A stretch of DNA of 64,000 bases from Candidatus Eiseniibacteriota bacterium. Its GTDB lineage: Bacteria > Eisenbacteria > RBG-16-71-46 > CAVPCR01. Of the stretch, positions 1-10,208 are shown piece by piece. Each line of letters opens with the position of its first letter. Position 1 is the stretch's first letter. The DNA lies in contig CAVPCR010000005.1 of assembly GCA_963702435.1 (NCBI GenBank), positions 256,001-320,000 on the forward strand. Direction: 5' to 3'. The notes under the pieces are model-generated. The model ran no database searches, was not told the DNA's origin, and saw only the letters and a list, made by a program, of their open reading frames with translations. A program made the position numbers and the translations under genes.

Positions 1-1
1 C

Positions 2-766
2 GTCCTGCTCGACAACGACTTCGCGGTCTCGCGGGCGCTCGACAACCAGGTCTGGCCGCGCACGATCCTCCTCGATCGCGGCGGGCAGGTCGTCCTCGAT
101 CACGCCGGCCCGGGCGGCTACGCGCAGATCGGCACCCACATCGTCGCCGCGCTGGCGGTCGAGCCGGCGGGCGTGTCCCCGCTCCGGCCGCTACCGGAGC
201 CGGCCGCCCCGCAAGCGCGGGTGCAGACCCTCCCGGCCACCCCGGACCTCTATTGCGGTTTGTTGCGGACAGAAGTGAAAAACCGCGAAAGGTCCGGTGC
301 CGGCGAGTCCGTCGTCGACCACCCGGAGGAGAGCCGGCGGGTGAGCGACCGCCTCTACCGGAACGGGCCCTGGCGATCGACCCCGGAGAGCTGGATCGCG
401 CTGCCCGCGCCCGGGAAGCCGTCCGTCCTCCGCGTGCGGGCCACGGCGGCGGAGATCGGCGCCGTGCTGCGCGGGGATCCGGGCGGCACGGACGTCCGCG
501 TGCTCCTCAACGGGCGGCCGATCCGCCGCGAAGGTGCCGGCGCCGACGTCGTGCGCCCGGACGAGACGGCAGGTGCGCGCGCGAGCCTCTGCCGTGCGGC
601 CGAGCCGCGGCTCTACCGGCTCGTCCGCGGGCCGGTGCACGCGACCGTGGAACTTGCGCTGGTCGTCGCGGCCGGCGAGCTCGAGGTCTTCGCACTCCGC
701 TTCCAGGGCGGCATCGCGCCCTCCCGGGGCGCGACCGCCCGGGGGGCGGGGCCACCGGCCGTCTGA
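2..766 (+). CDS. DipZ-like thioredoxin-domain protein, C-terminal part (5' partial)
   Basis: Frame open from the window edge: VLLDNDFAVSRALDNQVWPRTILLDRGGQVV...GPGGY, then ATPDLYCG and EPRLYRLV...LEVFALRF, as in DipZ C-terminal domains. Confidence 0.65.
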   Translation, partial: VLLDNDFAVSRALDNQVWPRTILLDRGGQVVLDHAGPGGYAQIGTHIVAALAVEPAGVSPLRPLPEPAAPQARVQTLPATPDLYCGLLRTEVKNRERSGAGESVVDHPEESRRVSDRLYRNGPWRSTPESWIALPAPGKPSVLRVRATAAEIGAVLRGDPGGTDVRVLLNGRPIRREGAGADVVRPDETAGARASLCRAAEPRLYRLVRGPVHATVELALVVAAGELEVFALRFQGGIAPSRGATARGAGPPAV

Positions 767-1071
767 AGCCTCTGCTCCGGTCCTCCGGCGCTGCCGGCCG
801 CGGCGGGCAGTGCGCACCGGACCGCCCGGCCTTCTTCCATCCCCGCCGGCCGGCGCCGTGCCCGGGGCCCCGGCCGGACCGTGCTGGCCCCTTGCCGGGC
901 GGGCCCCGGGTATGGTGGCATGAAGGCGGGCGGGCAGCCGCGGGGGGGGCGGAAGGAGTGCCCAGGACGCCCCCCGGCGGCCGGCGATCGGGGCTTGCAC
1001 CACCCGCCCGGCGGGTTTAGGTTACGCGCCCACTGCGGCCAGGCGGGGCCGCAGAGCGGAGGTAATCGACC

Positions 1072-1335
1072 ATGGCAGTCTGTGCGTTCTGCGAAGAAAC
1101 GATCGTCGGCACGCCGATCATCCGCGGTGGCCAGCGATTCTGCAGCCCGGAGTGCGTCGAGGCGTATGCCTCCTACGAAGAGGACGAGGACGACGACATG
1201 GACGAGGACGAGGAGTTCGAGGACGAGGAGTTCGAGGACGAGGACGAGGACGACTTGGACGATGACGACGACCTCGAGGATGATTACGACGACTACGAGG
1301 ACGAGGACGAGGACGAGGAGGACGACGCGCTCTAG
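1072..1335 (+). CDS. small Cys-motif (TRASH/zinc-ribbon-like) protein with poly-Asp/Glu tail
   Basis: GGAGG RBS upstream; CAFC...FCSPEC motif followed by ~50 almost exclusively D/E residues. Confidence 0.75.
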   Translation: MAVCAFCEETIVGTPIIRGGQRFCSPECVEAYASYEEDEDDDMDEDEEFEDEEFEDEDEDDLDDDDDLEDDYDDYEDEDEDEEDDAL

Positions 1336-1388
1336 TCGCCGGAGCGATCGCTCCGGGCGCTGGCCCCGGCGCCAGCGCTTCCGCTCCC

Positions 1389-1513
1389 GGCTCTCCTCAC
1401 CACGAGTCGGAGTGAACTGATCGGATCCCGTTCAAGCCTGCCGCGAAGGACTCGAGCCTGACCCAGCGATCCGGGACACCCACCGGGGCATGGAACCGAA
1501 ATCCAGGAGAGCC
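1389..1513. ncRNA. candidate small structured RNA between convergent genes
   Basis: Terminal inverted repeat GGCTCTCCT/AGGAGAGCC, inner stems CGAGTC/GACTCG and TGAAC/GTTCA, possible pseudoknot TCGGATC/GATCCGG. Confidence 0.35.
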
Positions 1514-1514
1514 C

Positions 1515-2102
1515 TCACTCTTCAAGCTCGACGTTCCAGTACTTCTCCGAAACAAACCTCTCCCAGCTCACGCGCCGCCGCCCGAGATTCAGGCTCAGGT
1601 ACGGGCTCCACGTCGGCTGCTGCGGGATGCGGATGAGCGCGAGCCCCGACTCGGGGAGCGTGCGGTCGGCCTTGCGCTTGTTGCACTTGAGGCAGGCCAC
1701 GACGCAGTTCGCCCAGGTGCTCCGCCCGCCGCGCGAGCGCGGGATGATGTGATCGATGGAGAGCTCGTCGCGACCGGGCTGGTGGCCGCAGTACTGGCAG
1801 GTGAACTGGTCGCGCCGGAAGAGATTCCGCCGGGAGAAGATCACGCGCTTGCGCGGCACGCGATCGAAGACGTGCAGGAGCACGATCTCCGGTACCCGGA
1901 TCTCGAAACGCACCGAGCGGATGCGGGGCTGGCCGTCCTCCACGCCGAGCGCGGACCAGCTCCCCCAGTCGTGGAGCTCGAACGTCTCGGGCGCAACAGC
2001 CCGCGCCACGTCCATGTAGAGCATGCAGAGCGCGCGGCGCACGCTCACGGTGTCGATCGCGAGCCAGTGACGGTTGAGGACCAGAGCGCGTTCGTCGAGC
2101 AT
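1515..2102 (-). CDS. HNH endonuclease (McrA-like)
   Basis: ALVLN N-terminus; FSRRNLFRRDQFTCQYCG...SIDHIIPRSRGGRSTWANCVVACLKCNKRK HNH motif. Confidence 0.93.
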   Translation of the reverse strand: MLDERALVLNRHWLAIDTVSVRRALCMLYMDVARAVAPETFELHDWGSWSALGVEDGQPRIRSVRFEIRVPEIVLLHVFDRVPRKRVIFSRRNLFRRDQFTCQYCGHQPGRDELSIDHIIPRSRGGRSTWANCVVACLKCNKRKADRTLPESGLALIRIPQQPTWSPYLSLNLGRRRVSWERFVSEKYWNVELEE

Positions 2103-2247
2103 GACCTTCACTCCAGCACTCGCTCTCGCGAGTGGCCATCCAGGCTGGATGGACGGTGCCATGCATGACGATAAGCGGACGCGGGCCTCGCGGTCAACGC
2201 CGACTGCGGTCGCACCCCGCCGGCGGGGGTCGGGCGGTCGCGTCGAA

Positions 2248-2529
2248 TCAGGCGGGGCGCTTGGCGAGCGATCCCATCACATCCTGGATCAGATGCTTCG
2301 CCTGCTCGATCCGGGCCGCGATGGCCTGCATGTCCCGGCTCGGATGCGCTTGATCGTCGGAGCGGCGGCAATAGACGGCGTGCGATCCGGCCGCGACCAG
2401 CGCCTCGGTGAGGAGGTCGAGACCGAGAGCGAGGCGGCCGCGATCCTGGCCGAGCCTGAGGCCCAGCTCCTCGAGTGCCGCTGCATGCTCGGCGTAGACC
2501 GCGGGGCGCATCGGATCCGGCTTGTCCAT
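2248..2529 (-). CDS. hypothetical protein
   Basis: GAGGAG RBS before the ATG; protein-like helical composition. Confidence 0.6.
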   Translation of the reverse strand: MDKPDPMRPAVYAEHAAALEELGLRLGQDRGRLALGLDLLTEALVAAGSHAVYCRRSDDQAHPSRDMQAIAARIEQAKHLIQDVMGSLAKRPA

Positions 2530-2836
2530 GGCGAGCTCCTCTCGGTTCCTGCCCGGGCGATCCGCGAGTGACGCGGGGCGCGTCCAGCTCGATCCTGCTC
2601 GGTCCTTCTCGATTCCCTGCCGCCCGCGGCCGATACCCAGTTGGGACCCGGCCCGGGGGCGAGCGTTTCAGTGGAACCGGGCCGCCGATCGAGGCGGTTC
2701 GGATGGGGGGGGCGAATCGGCCGCGGGCCGGGGCGATCTCCGGCCGGGCCGGTCGAGCAGCGGGCGCGTACGAGGGAGGCCGGCGCCCGGCGCCGCGTCC
2801 GGGGAGCGACGGCGGGTTCCGCCGGCCCGGCGCGCG

Positions 2837-2845
2837 TGCTATACT
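2837..2845 (+). promoter_or_regulatory. extended -10 promoter element (TGcTATACT)
   Basis: Near-consensus TGnTATAAT about 70 nt upstream of the E1 gene. Confidence 0.5.
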
Positions 2846-2916
2846 GATCGGTCTCTCCCGCTCGATCTTGTTTTCCCTCAACGAATTAGCCAGGACCACC
2901 TACCCAGGACCAAGCG

Positions 2917-5037
2917 GTGACGGATGTGAACCACCGGGTCGAAACGGCGCCCGGCCCCCTCAACCACGACGATCTCCTCGGCGTGTATCGCACGATGGTG
3001 ACATCGCGCGCCATCGACGACGAGGAGATGAAGCTCAAGCGGAAGAACCAGTACTTCTTCCAGATCTCGGGCGCAGGCCATGAGGCGATCCTGATCGCCG
3101 CCGGCAAGGCTCTCCGTCCGGCCTACGACTGGTTCTACCCCTACTACCGCGACCGCGCGCTCCTCCTCGAGCTGGGGATGACGCCGCTCGAGATGTTCCT
3201 CTGCGGCGTCGGTGCGGCCGATGATCCCAACTCCGGCGCCCGCCAGATGCCGAGCCACTGGGGACACCGGGCGCTGAACGTCGTGTCGCAGTCGAGCCCG
3301 ACCGGCACGCAATGCCTGCAGGCCGTGGGCTGCGCCGAGGGCGGCCGCTACCACGGAATCGTCAAGGAGATCGCCGAGCGCGAGACGCGGTTCCGCGCCG
3401 ACGAGGTCGTCTACGTCTCGATCGGCGACGGCGCCACCAGCGAGGGCGAGTTCTGGGAGGCGCTCTCGACCGCCTGCGTCGAGAAGCTCCCGGTCTTCTT
3501 CCTGGTCGAGGACAACGGCTACGCCATCTCGGTGCCGGTCGAGGTGCAGACTCCCGGCGGCTCACTCTCCGCCGTCGTCCGCCACTACCCCGGCCTCCTC
3601 CATCTCGAAGTGGATGGGAACGATATCCTTGCCTCGCTCGAGGCTTGCCGCGAGGCGGTGGGGCATTGCCGGGCGCGGCGCGGCCCCGCCTTGATCCGCG
3701 CATCCGTCACCCGCCCCTACTCGCATTCGATGTCGGACGATCATGCGGCCTACCGGGCCAAGGACGAGATCCGCGCCGAGAACGAACAGGATTGCATCCG
3801 CAAGCTCGAGCGGCTCCTCCTCGAGCAGGAGATCGCGACCCCGGCCGACATCGAGCGGGTGAAGAAGGACGTGGCGGAGGCGGTCGCGGCGGCCTCGGCC
3901 GCGGCGCTCAAGGCGCCGCGCCCGCCGTCGGGATCGGGAACGCTCTACGTCTATTCGCCGGATGTGGATCCGACGAGCGCCGAGTTCGAGACCGCGCCCG
4001 AGCCGTCGGACGAGATGATCTCGATCGTCGAGGCTGTGAACCGCTGCCTCCGGGACGAGATGGCGCGCGATCCGCGCATCCTCGTCTTCGGTGAGGACTG
4101 CGCGGACGCGACGCGCGATGAGATACTGGCCGAGGTCCCGGGAAAGGGCGGCGTCTTCAAGGTCACGCACAAGCTCCAGCGCCAGTTCGGGAAGCACCGC
4201 GTCTTCAACAGCCCGCTCGCCGAGGCCAACATAGTCGGGCGAGCGATCGGCATGGCCACGCGCGGCCTCAAGCCGGTGCCGGAGATCCAGTTCTTCGACT
4301 ACATCTGGCCGGCGATGATGCAGATCCGGAACGAGCTGGCGATGATGCGCTGGCGTTCGAACAATGCGTTCAAGTGCCCGCTCGTCATCCGCGTGCCGAT
4401 CGGCGGTTATCTGGGCGGCGGCGGCGCCTACCACAGTCAGTCGGGCGAGGTCATCTTCACCCACTCGCCCGGGCTCCGGGTGGTGATGCCTTCAAACGCG
4501 CTGGACGCGAGCGGGCTCCTGCGCACCGCGATCCGCTGCGACGATCCGGTGCTCTTCCTCGAGCACAAGCATCTCTACCGCCAGCCCTATGCCAAGGCGC
4601 CCTACCCCGGACCCAACTACATGGTGCCGTTCGGCAGGGCGAAGGTCGTACGCCCGGGACGCGACCTCACGATCATCACCTACGGCGCCCTGGTCCGCCG
4701 CTCGCTCATCGCCGCCGACCGCGCCGCGGGCGACCACAAGATCGAGGTCGAGATCATCGATCTGCGATCGCTCGCGCCGTGGGATCAGGCGGCAGTCGGC
4801 GCATCCGTCAAGAAGACGGGCAAGGCCCTCGTCGTCTACGAGGACACGATCTCGTTCGGCTACGGGGCCGAGGTGGCGGCGTGGATCGCCGATCGGGTGT
4901 TCGAGTGGCTGGATGCGCCGGTGCGGCGCGTGGCGAGCCTCGATACCCCCGTCGCCTACGCGCCCAACATCGAGGACGAGATCCTCCCGCAGACGGAGGA
5001 CGTGCTCGCCGCGATCCGCGAGCTGGCTGCCTACTAG
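2917..5037 (+). CDS. 2-oxoacid (branched-chain-type) dehydrogenase E1, fused alpha/beta subunits
   Basis: [22 protein letters not shown] motif, HSMSDD, beta part [27 protein letters not shown]. Confidence 0.95.
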   Translation: MTDVNHRVETAPGPLNHDDLLGVYRTMVTSRAIDDEEMKLKRKNQYFFQISGAGHEAILIAAGKALRPAYDWFYPYYRDRALLLELGMTPLEMFLCGVGAADDPNSGARQMPSHWGHRALNVVSQSSPTGTQCLQAVGCAEGGRYHGIVKEIAERETRFRADEVVYVSIGDGATSEGEFWEALSTACVEKLPVFFLVEDNGYAISVPVEVQTPGGSLSAVVRHYPGLLHLEVDGNDILASLEACREAVGHCRARRGPALIRASVTRPYSHSMSDDHAAYRAKDEIRAENEQDCIRKLERLLLEQEIATPADIERVKKDVAEAVAAASAAALKAPRPPSGSGTLYVYSPDVDPTSAEFETAPEPSDEMISIVEAVNRCLRDEMARDPRILVFGEDCADATRDEILAEVPGKGGVFKVTHKLQRQFGKHRVFNSPLAEANIVGRAIGMATRGLKPVPEIQFFDYIWPAMMQIRNELAMMRWRSNNAFKCPLVIRVPIGGYLGGGGAYHSQSGEVIFTHSPGLRVVMPSNALDASGLLRTAIRCDDPVLFLEHKHLYRQPYAKAPYPGPNYMVPFGRAKVVRPGRDLTIITYGALVRRSLIAADRAAGDHKIEVEIIDLRSLAPWDQAAVGASVKKTGKALVVYEDTISFGYGAEVAAWIADRVFEWLDAPVRRVASLDTPVAYAPNIEDEILPQTEDVLAAIRELAAY

Positions 5038-5089
5038 GCCTGCCGGTCGGCGGCCCGCCGGCGCGCGGGGCGAGCAGAGGAAGCGAGCC

Positions 5090-5530
5090 ATGCACGAGCT
5101 GAGCCGCCTGCTGGCGCCGGCCCTCATCGAGGCCCGGCGCGGCCTCGATGAGGGCGGCATCCCGATCGGATCGGTGCTCTACCGCGGCGGCGAGATCATC
5201 GGCCGCGGGCACAATCGCCGGGTGCAGGAGCTCGACCCGATGGCGCACGCCGAGATCGACTGCCTGCGCAGCGCCGGCCGCCAGAAGACCTACCGCGACA
5301 CGACCCTGGTCTCGACGCTCATGCCGTGCTACCTGTGCGCGGGCGCGGTCGTCCAGTTCGGCATCCCGTGCGTCATCGTCGGCGAGTCGCAGAGCTTCCC
5401 CGGCGCGCGCGCCTTCATGGAGGCGCATCGGGTCGAGGTGGTGGACCTCGCCGATCCCGCCTGCATCGCCCTGATGGCGGCCTTCATGCGGGAATCTCCC
5501 GAGCTGTGGAACGAGGACATCGGCCGGTAG
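5090..5530 (+). CDS. cytosine/nucleoside deaminase
   Basis: EGGIPIGSVL, HAE and PCYLC zinc motifs, WNEDIG C-terminus like fungal-type cytosine deaminase. Confidence 0.9.
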   Translation: MHELSRLLAPALIEARRGLDEGGIPIGSVLYRGGEIIGRGHNRRVQELDPMAHAEIDCLRSAGRQKTYRDTTLVSTLMPCYLCAGAVVQFGIPCVIVGESQSFPGARAFMEAHRVEVVDLADPACIALMAAFMRESPELWNEDIGR

Positions 5531-5563
5531 GCGTCCGGCTCCCCGGCGCCAGCGGGTTGCTCG

Positions 5564-6724
5564 CTACCGCGGGCGACGCTGCACGGTGACGACGAGGCAG
5601 CCCTCGCTGGCGCCGCCAGTGGCCCGCGCCTCGACCGTGTTGCCGCCCGCGCGCAGGAGATCGGGCAGGATCTCGCGCTCGACATCGCGGGCGCCGCCGG
5701 CGAAGTCGGCCGCGGTCACCACCGAATGGCCGTTGACCATCACGTCGATGTCCGCGAGGGCCTCCCCCTCACCGCACACGATCTCGACCACGAGGAGGAG
5801 CGGGCGCCGCGGCAACTCGGCGAGAAGGAAGCTCCCGGTAGTGGTCTCCCCGCTCGCCGGGGCACGCAACGGCCCGAGAACGACGATCTCCGCGCCGGGC
5901 GGCGTGCGCCGGAAACACGCGAAGTCGGCGGCGAGGAAGCTCTGCGGCCGGCCGCGCTCGCCGGGGACGAGCGCGATGCGCAGCGGATTGGGCGTGACCG
6001 TGGCGAGATCGGTACCGTTCTTCACGACCGAGTACGCGCCGTGCGCGAGGCCGGTGAAGAGATAGCGACCATCATCGCCCGTCGTGGTTTCTCCGACGAC
6101 CCGCGGGCCCTTGCGGAGGGTGATCGAGATTCCGGAAAGCCCCTCCTCGCCGCGGTCGCGGCGGCCGTTCGGGGTGACATCGAGGAACACGACCCCGCCG
6201 AGCGCCGAGTGGGACGGACCCATGCCGCTCACGAGCACGGCGTCGAGCGCGAACGACTTGCCAGCGGGCGCGATGAAGGCGAGCGGGCGCCGCGCGCTCG
6301 TCTCGCCGGGGGTCAGCACGCCGTCCCCGCCGACGCGGTCACTGAAGTCGATGATGGCCGCCCCTTCCGGGGTGCGGTCGTCTGCGCGCGCGACGCGGGC
6401 CGAGTCCGGGCCGGCGCTCGTGATGATGAGGCGGAGCGGCGCGTAGAGAGGTCGGGTCCCCCCGTTCACGAGCATGGCCCGGCAGACGACCTCGCCGCGC
6501 GAGCGGTTCACGGTGAGGCCCGTGCCCTCGAGCACGACCCCGGCGCCGCCGACCGTCGTGGAGACGGTCACCCGGAAGCTCCCGGCCGCCGGATCGACCG
6601 TCGTGCCGGACGACTTCCCGGCCGGATCCAGTTGTCGCTCGCCGGGCGCGCAGGAGAGGAGCGCGGCAGCTCCGGCGACGGCGAGCGCCATGGCGCGAAC
6701 GATGTGGGCCCGACGGATCTTCAT
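5564..6724 (-). CDS. putative lipoprotein with SdrD-B-like domain
   Basis: Signal peptide with lipobox LLSC; GGVVFLDVTPNGRRDRGEEGLSGISITL...TTGDDGRYLFTGL. Confidence 0.75.
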   Translation of the reverse strand: MKIRRAHIVRAMALAVAGAAALLSCAPGERQLDPAGKSSGTTVDPAAGSFRVTVSTTVGGAGVVLEGTGLTVNRSRGEVVCRAMLVNGGTRPLYAPLRLIITSAGPDSARVARADDRTPEGAAIIDFSDRVGGDGVLTPGETSARRPLAFIAPAGKSFALDAVLVSGMGPSHSALGGVVFLDVTPNGRRDRGEEGLSGISITLRKGPRVVGETTTGDDGRYLFTGLAHGAYSVVKNGTDLATVTPNPLRIALVPGERGRPQSFLAADFACFRRTPPGAEIVVLGPLRAPASGETTTGSFLLAELPRRPLLLVVEIVCGEGEALADIDVMVNGHSVVTAADFAGGARDVEREILPDLLRAGGNTVEARATGGASEGCLVVTVQRRPR

Positions 6725-6749
6725 GGTTCGGGTCAAGGCGGAGCCCCGG

Positions 6750-7076
6750 CTAGGCCGGCCCGAGGTCCGCGAGCACGGCCTCGAGCTCGCTCTGCGTGTG
6801 CGTGTCGCCCTTGGCGGCGGCCAGGCGAATCCCGTCTTCCCATGTGCGGCGCGCATCCTCCTTGCGCTCGAGGCGCAGGAGCAGCATCCCATGATGGAAG
6901 TACGCGGCGAGGTACTCGGGATGCCGGCGGCCGAGCTCGGCGAACTGCTCGTCGGCCGCCGCGAGCTCGCCGCGCTTGGCGTACTCCATGGCGAGGCCAT
7001 AGCGCGGAAACGCGTCGTCGGGATGCGACTCGACGTACTTGATCATTCCCGGCAATCGATCGGGCGGTGAGCTCAC
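6750..7076 (-). CDS. tetratricopeptide repeat protein
   Basis: PDDAFPRYGLAMEY...YLAAYFHHGMLL; GTG start with GGAGG RBS. Confidence 0.85.
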   Translation of the reverse strand: MSSPPDRLPGMIKYVESHPDDAFPRYGLAMEYAKRGELAAADEQFAELGRRHPEYLAAYFHHGMLLLRLERKEDARRTWEDGIRLAAAKGDTHTQSELEAVLADLGPA

Positions 7077-7100
7077 GGCGGACGGTTCCCTCCCGGGCCA

Positions 7101-7299
7101 AGCGGCTGGTGAACGACCCTCCTCGCGGGCGGCGCGCAGCGCCGCCGGCGAGGAAGCATGAGGTTCTTCAGCAGCCTCCGATCTGGTGAAGCTGGCGGCC
7201 CGTTGAACTTCCCACGGCCGCCAAGGGTGCATTGCCATGCGGCCACGCGGATCCAACTCGGCCGACTCGAGAGGACGACTTTCACATATCCGGAGCCGC
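7101..7299 (-). ncRNA. candidate structured RNA / leader upstream of the TPR gene
   Basis: Several stems in a ~300-nt non-coding gap: GCGGCT/AGCCGC, CCGAGTTGG/CCAGATCGG, TGGCGGCC/GGCCGCCA, GCAT/ATGC, CCTCGC/GCGAGG. Confidence 0.3.
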
Positions 7300-7383
7300 G
7301 CAACAAGCCGGGGAGGGGTGGCATGACGCCCTCGCGGCAAGAGCGGTCGCGCCACCGCAGGATACGGCGGAAGGCCCCGGGCG

Positions 7384-7710
7384 CTAGAGCGTGATGACCT
7401 TCTTCGCCCGGCCGAGCTCGCGCACGATCGCGTCCATGTCGGATACCGAACCCAGCGCGAGATCCAGGCCATAGTGAGCGACGCACGTCCCGCAGGGCAG
7501 GAGATCCACACCCGCTTCCTGCAACTGATGCAGCTCGCCGAGGACCGGCGAGCCAGCGGCGAGCAGCTTGACGCCGGAGTTGTAGAAGACGATCGCCGTG
7601 AGCCCATCCATCGCAACGCTCTTGCGCAGGAACGTACCCAGGATCTTGACGCCGAGCTCGCGGTCGCCCTCCCCCATCTGGTCGCTACGCATCACGACGA
7701 CTGTTCGCAT
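7384..7710 (-). CDS. DsrE-like / YedF-type sulfurtransferase-like selenium metabolism protein
   Basis: MGEGDRELGVKILGTFL, FYNSGVKL, PCGTC motifs. Confidence 0.8.
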   Translation of the reverse strand: MRTVVVMRSDQMGEGDRELGVKILGTFLRKSVAMDGLTAIVFYNSGVKLLAAGSPVLGELHQLQEAGVDLLPCGTCVAHYGLDLALGSVSDMDAIVRELGRAKKVITL

Positions 7711-7891
7711 GTGGACCCCCGGGTATGCGAGATACGGTGAAGCGGCGGTCCTTACCCGTGCACCCGGGAAGGCTAGCACGCGAGAGCGGGCGATGGGCGG
7801 TGACATGCGGACCACCGGCGAGCGAACCGCCGGCGCCGTCCGGACAGAACCGCGCGGACAGCGGCGCGCCGATCTGCTACCGTCCCCCGCC

Positions 7892-8776
7892 ATGAATCCG
7901 GTGGTGGCGGAAGTCCTCGTGTCGGTGGGGACGTCGTTTGCGGTGATGGGCCTCGGCCTCGTCTTCCAGCGCCTGTGGCGGCGCGACATCGAGGCCATGA
8001 CAGATCTCTCGATGAAGCTCTTCGTGCCGTGCCTCGCCTTTGCGGCGATCTCCGGCATGGAGCTCGACGCCCACGACCTGGCGACCGTGGCCGGCGGCGG
8101 GGCGCTGGTGCAGCTCGCGATGCTCGGGATCTGTTTCGTCCTCTTTCGCCTCATGCGGATCGACCGCCGCGGGCTCTACCTGCCGATCGCCTTCATGAAC
8201 TCGGCGAACCTCCCCTTCCCCATCCTCGAGGCCAACTACGGCCGCGTCGGCCTGGGCTACGGTGTCCTCTATTACCTGTCGACGTCAACTCTCATCTACA
8301 CGGTCGGCATTGCCATCGTCTCGCGGTCGCTCGACCCGCGGAAGCTCCTCACGACCCCGGCCACGAGTGCGATCGTCATCGCGCTCGCGCTCAAGGCGAC
8401 CCATGTTGCAGTCCCCCCCTTCCTCTTCTCCGCGATCGACATGCTCGGTCAGGCCGGGATCCCGCTCATGCTCTTCATCTTCGGCTACAGCCTCGGCGAG
8501 ATGCGGCTCCGCGATCTCCGTCTCGCCGTCCTCGGCTCGGCCATGCGCCTCGGCCTCGGCTTCGCGCTCGGGCTCGGCGCGGTCCGCCTGCTCGGGGTCA
8601 CGGGGTTGGCGCGCGACGTGGTGATCCTCGTCTCGACCATGCCGTCCGCCGTCGTCAACGTGGTCATCGCGCGCCAGTACAAGGCCGACCCCGATCTGGT
8701 CGCCTCGGTCGTGTTCCTGACCTCGCTCGCCGCCGTCGTGATCCTGCCGATTCTCCTGATCGCGCTCCGCACATGA
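7892..8776 (+). CDS. AEC (auxin efflux carrier) family transporter
   Basis: About 10 TM segments; NSANLPFP, MPSAV motifs. Confidence 0.9.
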   Translation: MNPVVAEVLVSVGTSFAVMGLGLVFQRLWRRDIEAMTDLSMKLFVPCLAFAAISGMELDAHDLATVAGGGALVQLAMLGICFVLFRLMRIDRRGLYLPIAFMNSANLPFPILEANYGRVGLGYGVLYYLSTSTLIYTVGIAIVSRSLDPRKLLTTPATSAIVIALALKATHVAVPPFLFSAIDMLGQAGIPLMLFIFGYSLGEMRLRDLRLAVLGSAMRLGLGFALGLGAVRLLGVTGLARDVVILVSTMPSAVVNVVIARQYKADPDLVASVVFLTSLAAVVILPILLIALRT

Positions 8777-9474
8777 CGCCGGCCGACAGGAAGCAAGATC
8801 CGCCGGTTCCCGGCTACGGCCTCCGCCCCGGCGATCCGCGCGGCGACGATCCCTACGCGCGGCACATCGAGCGCGTGCGCCTGTGCCAGCTCTGCCCGCG
8901 TGTCCTCGGCCCGCCGGTCGTCGGTCCGGCGCCCGGGGCGCGCATCATGTTGATCGGCCAGGCGCCGGGTCCGCGCGAACGCTATGCCGGATATCCCTTC
9001 GCCTGGACCGCGGGGAAGATGCTCTTCTCGTGGTTCGCGCGCGCGGGCGTCGATGAGGCGACCTTCCGCGCGCGCGTGCACATGGCGGCCGTCGCCCGCT
9101 GCTTTCCGGGGCGCGCCGGCGGCGGCGACCGGGTGCCGGACCCGGAGGAGATCCGGAACTGCTTCCCGTTCGTCGAGCGCGAGGTCGAGATCCTCGCCCC
9201 GGGGCTCGTCCTCCCGGTCGGCCGGCTCGCGATCGACCGCTTCCTCGCCGCGACGACGCTCGACCAGGTGATCGGCCAACGGTTCGACGGGCGCGTCGGC
9301 GCGCATCCGGTCTCGGTGATCCCGCTCCCGCATCCCTCCGGCCGCTCGACCTGGATCCACCGGCCCGGGAACCGCGCCCGCCTCGACCGGGCGCTGGCGC
9401 TCGCCGCCGCGCACCCGGCATGGCGCGCGACCTTTGCCGGCCCGCCACGGGTGCAACCGCAGGTGCGGCCTTGA
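8773..9474 (+). CDS. uracil-DNA glycosylase superfamily protein
   Basis: CQLC, IGQAPG, RCFPG, PLPHPSG motifs. Confidence 0.88.
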   Translation: MTPADRKQDPPVPGYGLRPGDPRGDDPYARHIERVRLCQLCPRVLGPPVVGPAPGARIMLIGQAPGPRERYAGYPFAWTAGKMLFSWFARAGVDEATFRARVHMAAVARCFPGRAGGGDRVPDPEEIRNCFPFVEREVEILAPGLVLPVGRLAIDRFLAATTLDQVIGQRFDGRVGAHPVSVIPLPHPSGRSTWIHRPGNRARLDRALALAAAHPAWRATFAGPPRVQPQVRP

Positions 9475-10208
9475 GCGCGCAGATCCCACCCGCCACGCCG
9501 GAACCGCGCTTCGTCCCCTACCGGCCGCTCCGGATGCCGCCGGATGAAATGCTGCGACGCGCCGCTGATTTCCACGCCGAGCTGGCCGGCCGCCGTAGCG
9601 TGCGCCACTTCGCGCCCGATCCGGTGCCGCGCGCCCTGATCGAGCTCGCGATCCTGACCGCTGGCACTGCGCCGTCCGGTGCGCACCGCCAGCCGTGGCG
9701 CTTCGTCGCCGTCGACGATCCGGCCGTGAAGCGCGCGATCCGGGGCGCCGCGGAGGAGGAGGAGAAGCGCTCGTACGAGGAGCGCATGACCGCGGAGTGG
9801 CGCGCCGCCCTGGCTCCGCTCGGCACGACCTGGGAGAAGCCCTTCCTCGAGATCGCGCCGTGGCTCGTGGTCGTATTCGAGGAGACGCACGGGATCGGAC
9901 CCGACGGCGGCGCCATCCGGAACTACTATGTCAGGGAGAGCGTCGGCATCGCCTGCGGGCTCTTCATCGCCGCCATTCATCACATGGGGCTCGCCACGCT
10001 CACGCACACGCCGAGCCCGATGGGCTTTCTCGGGCGCCTCCTCGGCCGGCCGGCGCACGAACGTCCGTACATCCTCTTCCCGATCGGCTATCCGGCGGCC
10101 GGCGCCGCAGTGCCGGATCTCGTGCGGAAGCCGCTCGCCGAGATCGCGGAGTGGAATCCGGCGCCGGCGCGGCCCGCACCCCGCCGGCGCCAGCATCCGC
10201 AGCCATGA
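9471..10208 (+). CDS. nitroreductase family protein, iodotyrosine deiodinase-like
   Basis: RRSVRHF, TAPSGAHRQPW, EEEEKRSY, KPFLEIAP, YVRESVGIACG, LTHTP; start uncertain (TTG 9471 or ATG 9534). Confidence 0.85.
   Translation: MSAQIPPATPEPRFVPYRPLRMPPDEMLRRAADFHAELAGRRSVRHFAPDPVPRALIELAILTAGTAPSGAHRQPWRFVAVDDPAVKRAIRGAAEEEEKRSYEERMTAEWRAALAPLGTTWEKPFLEIAPWLVVVFEETHGIGPDGGAIRNYYVRESVGIACGLFIAAIHHMGLATLTHTPSPMGFLGRLLGRPAHERPYILFPIGYPAAGAAVPDLVRKPLAEIAEWNPAPARPAPRRRQHPQP

Noticed and set aside
1515..2102. HNH gene as part of a mobile element or IscB/HEARO system
   Set aside because: A short stand-alone McrA-like HNH without RuvC/PLMP motifs, transposase or terminal repeats
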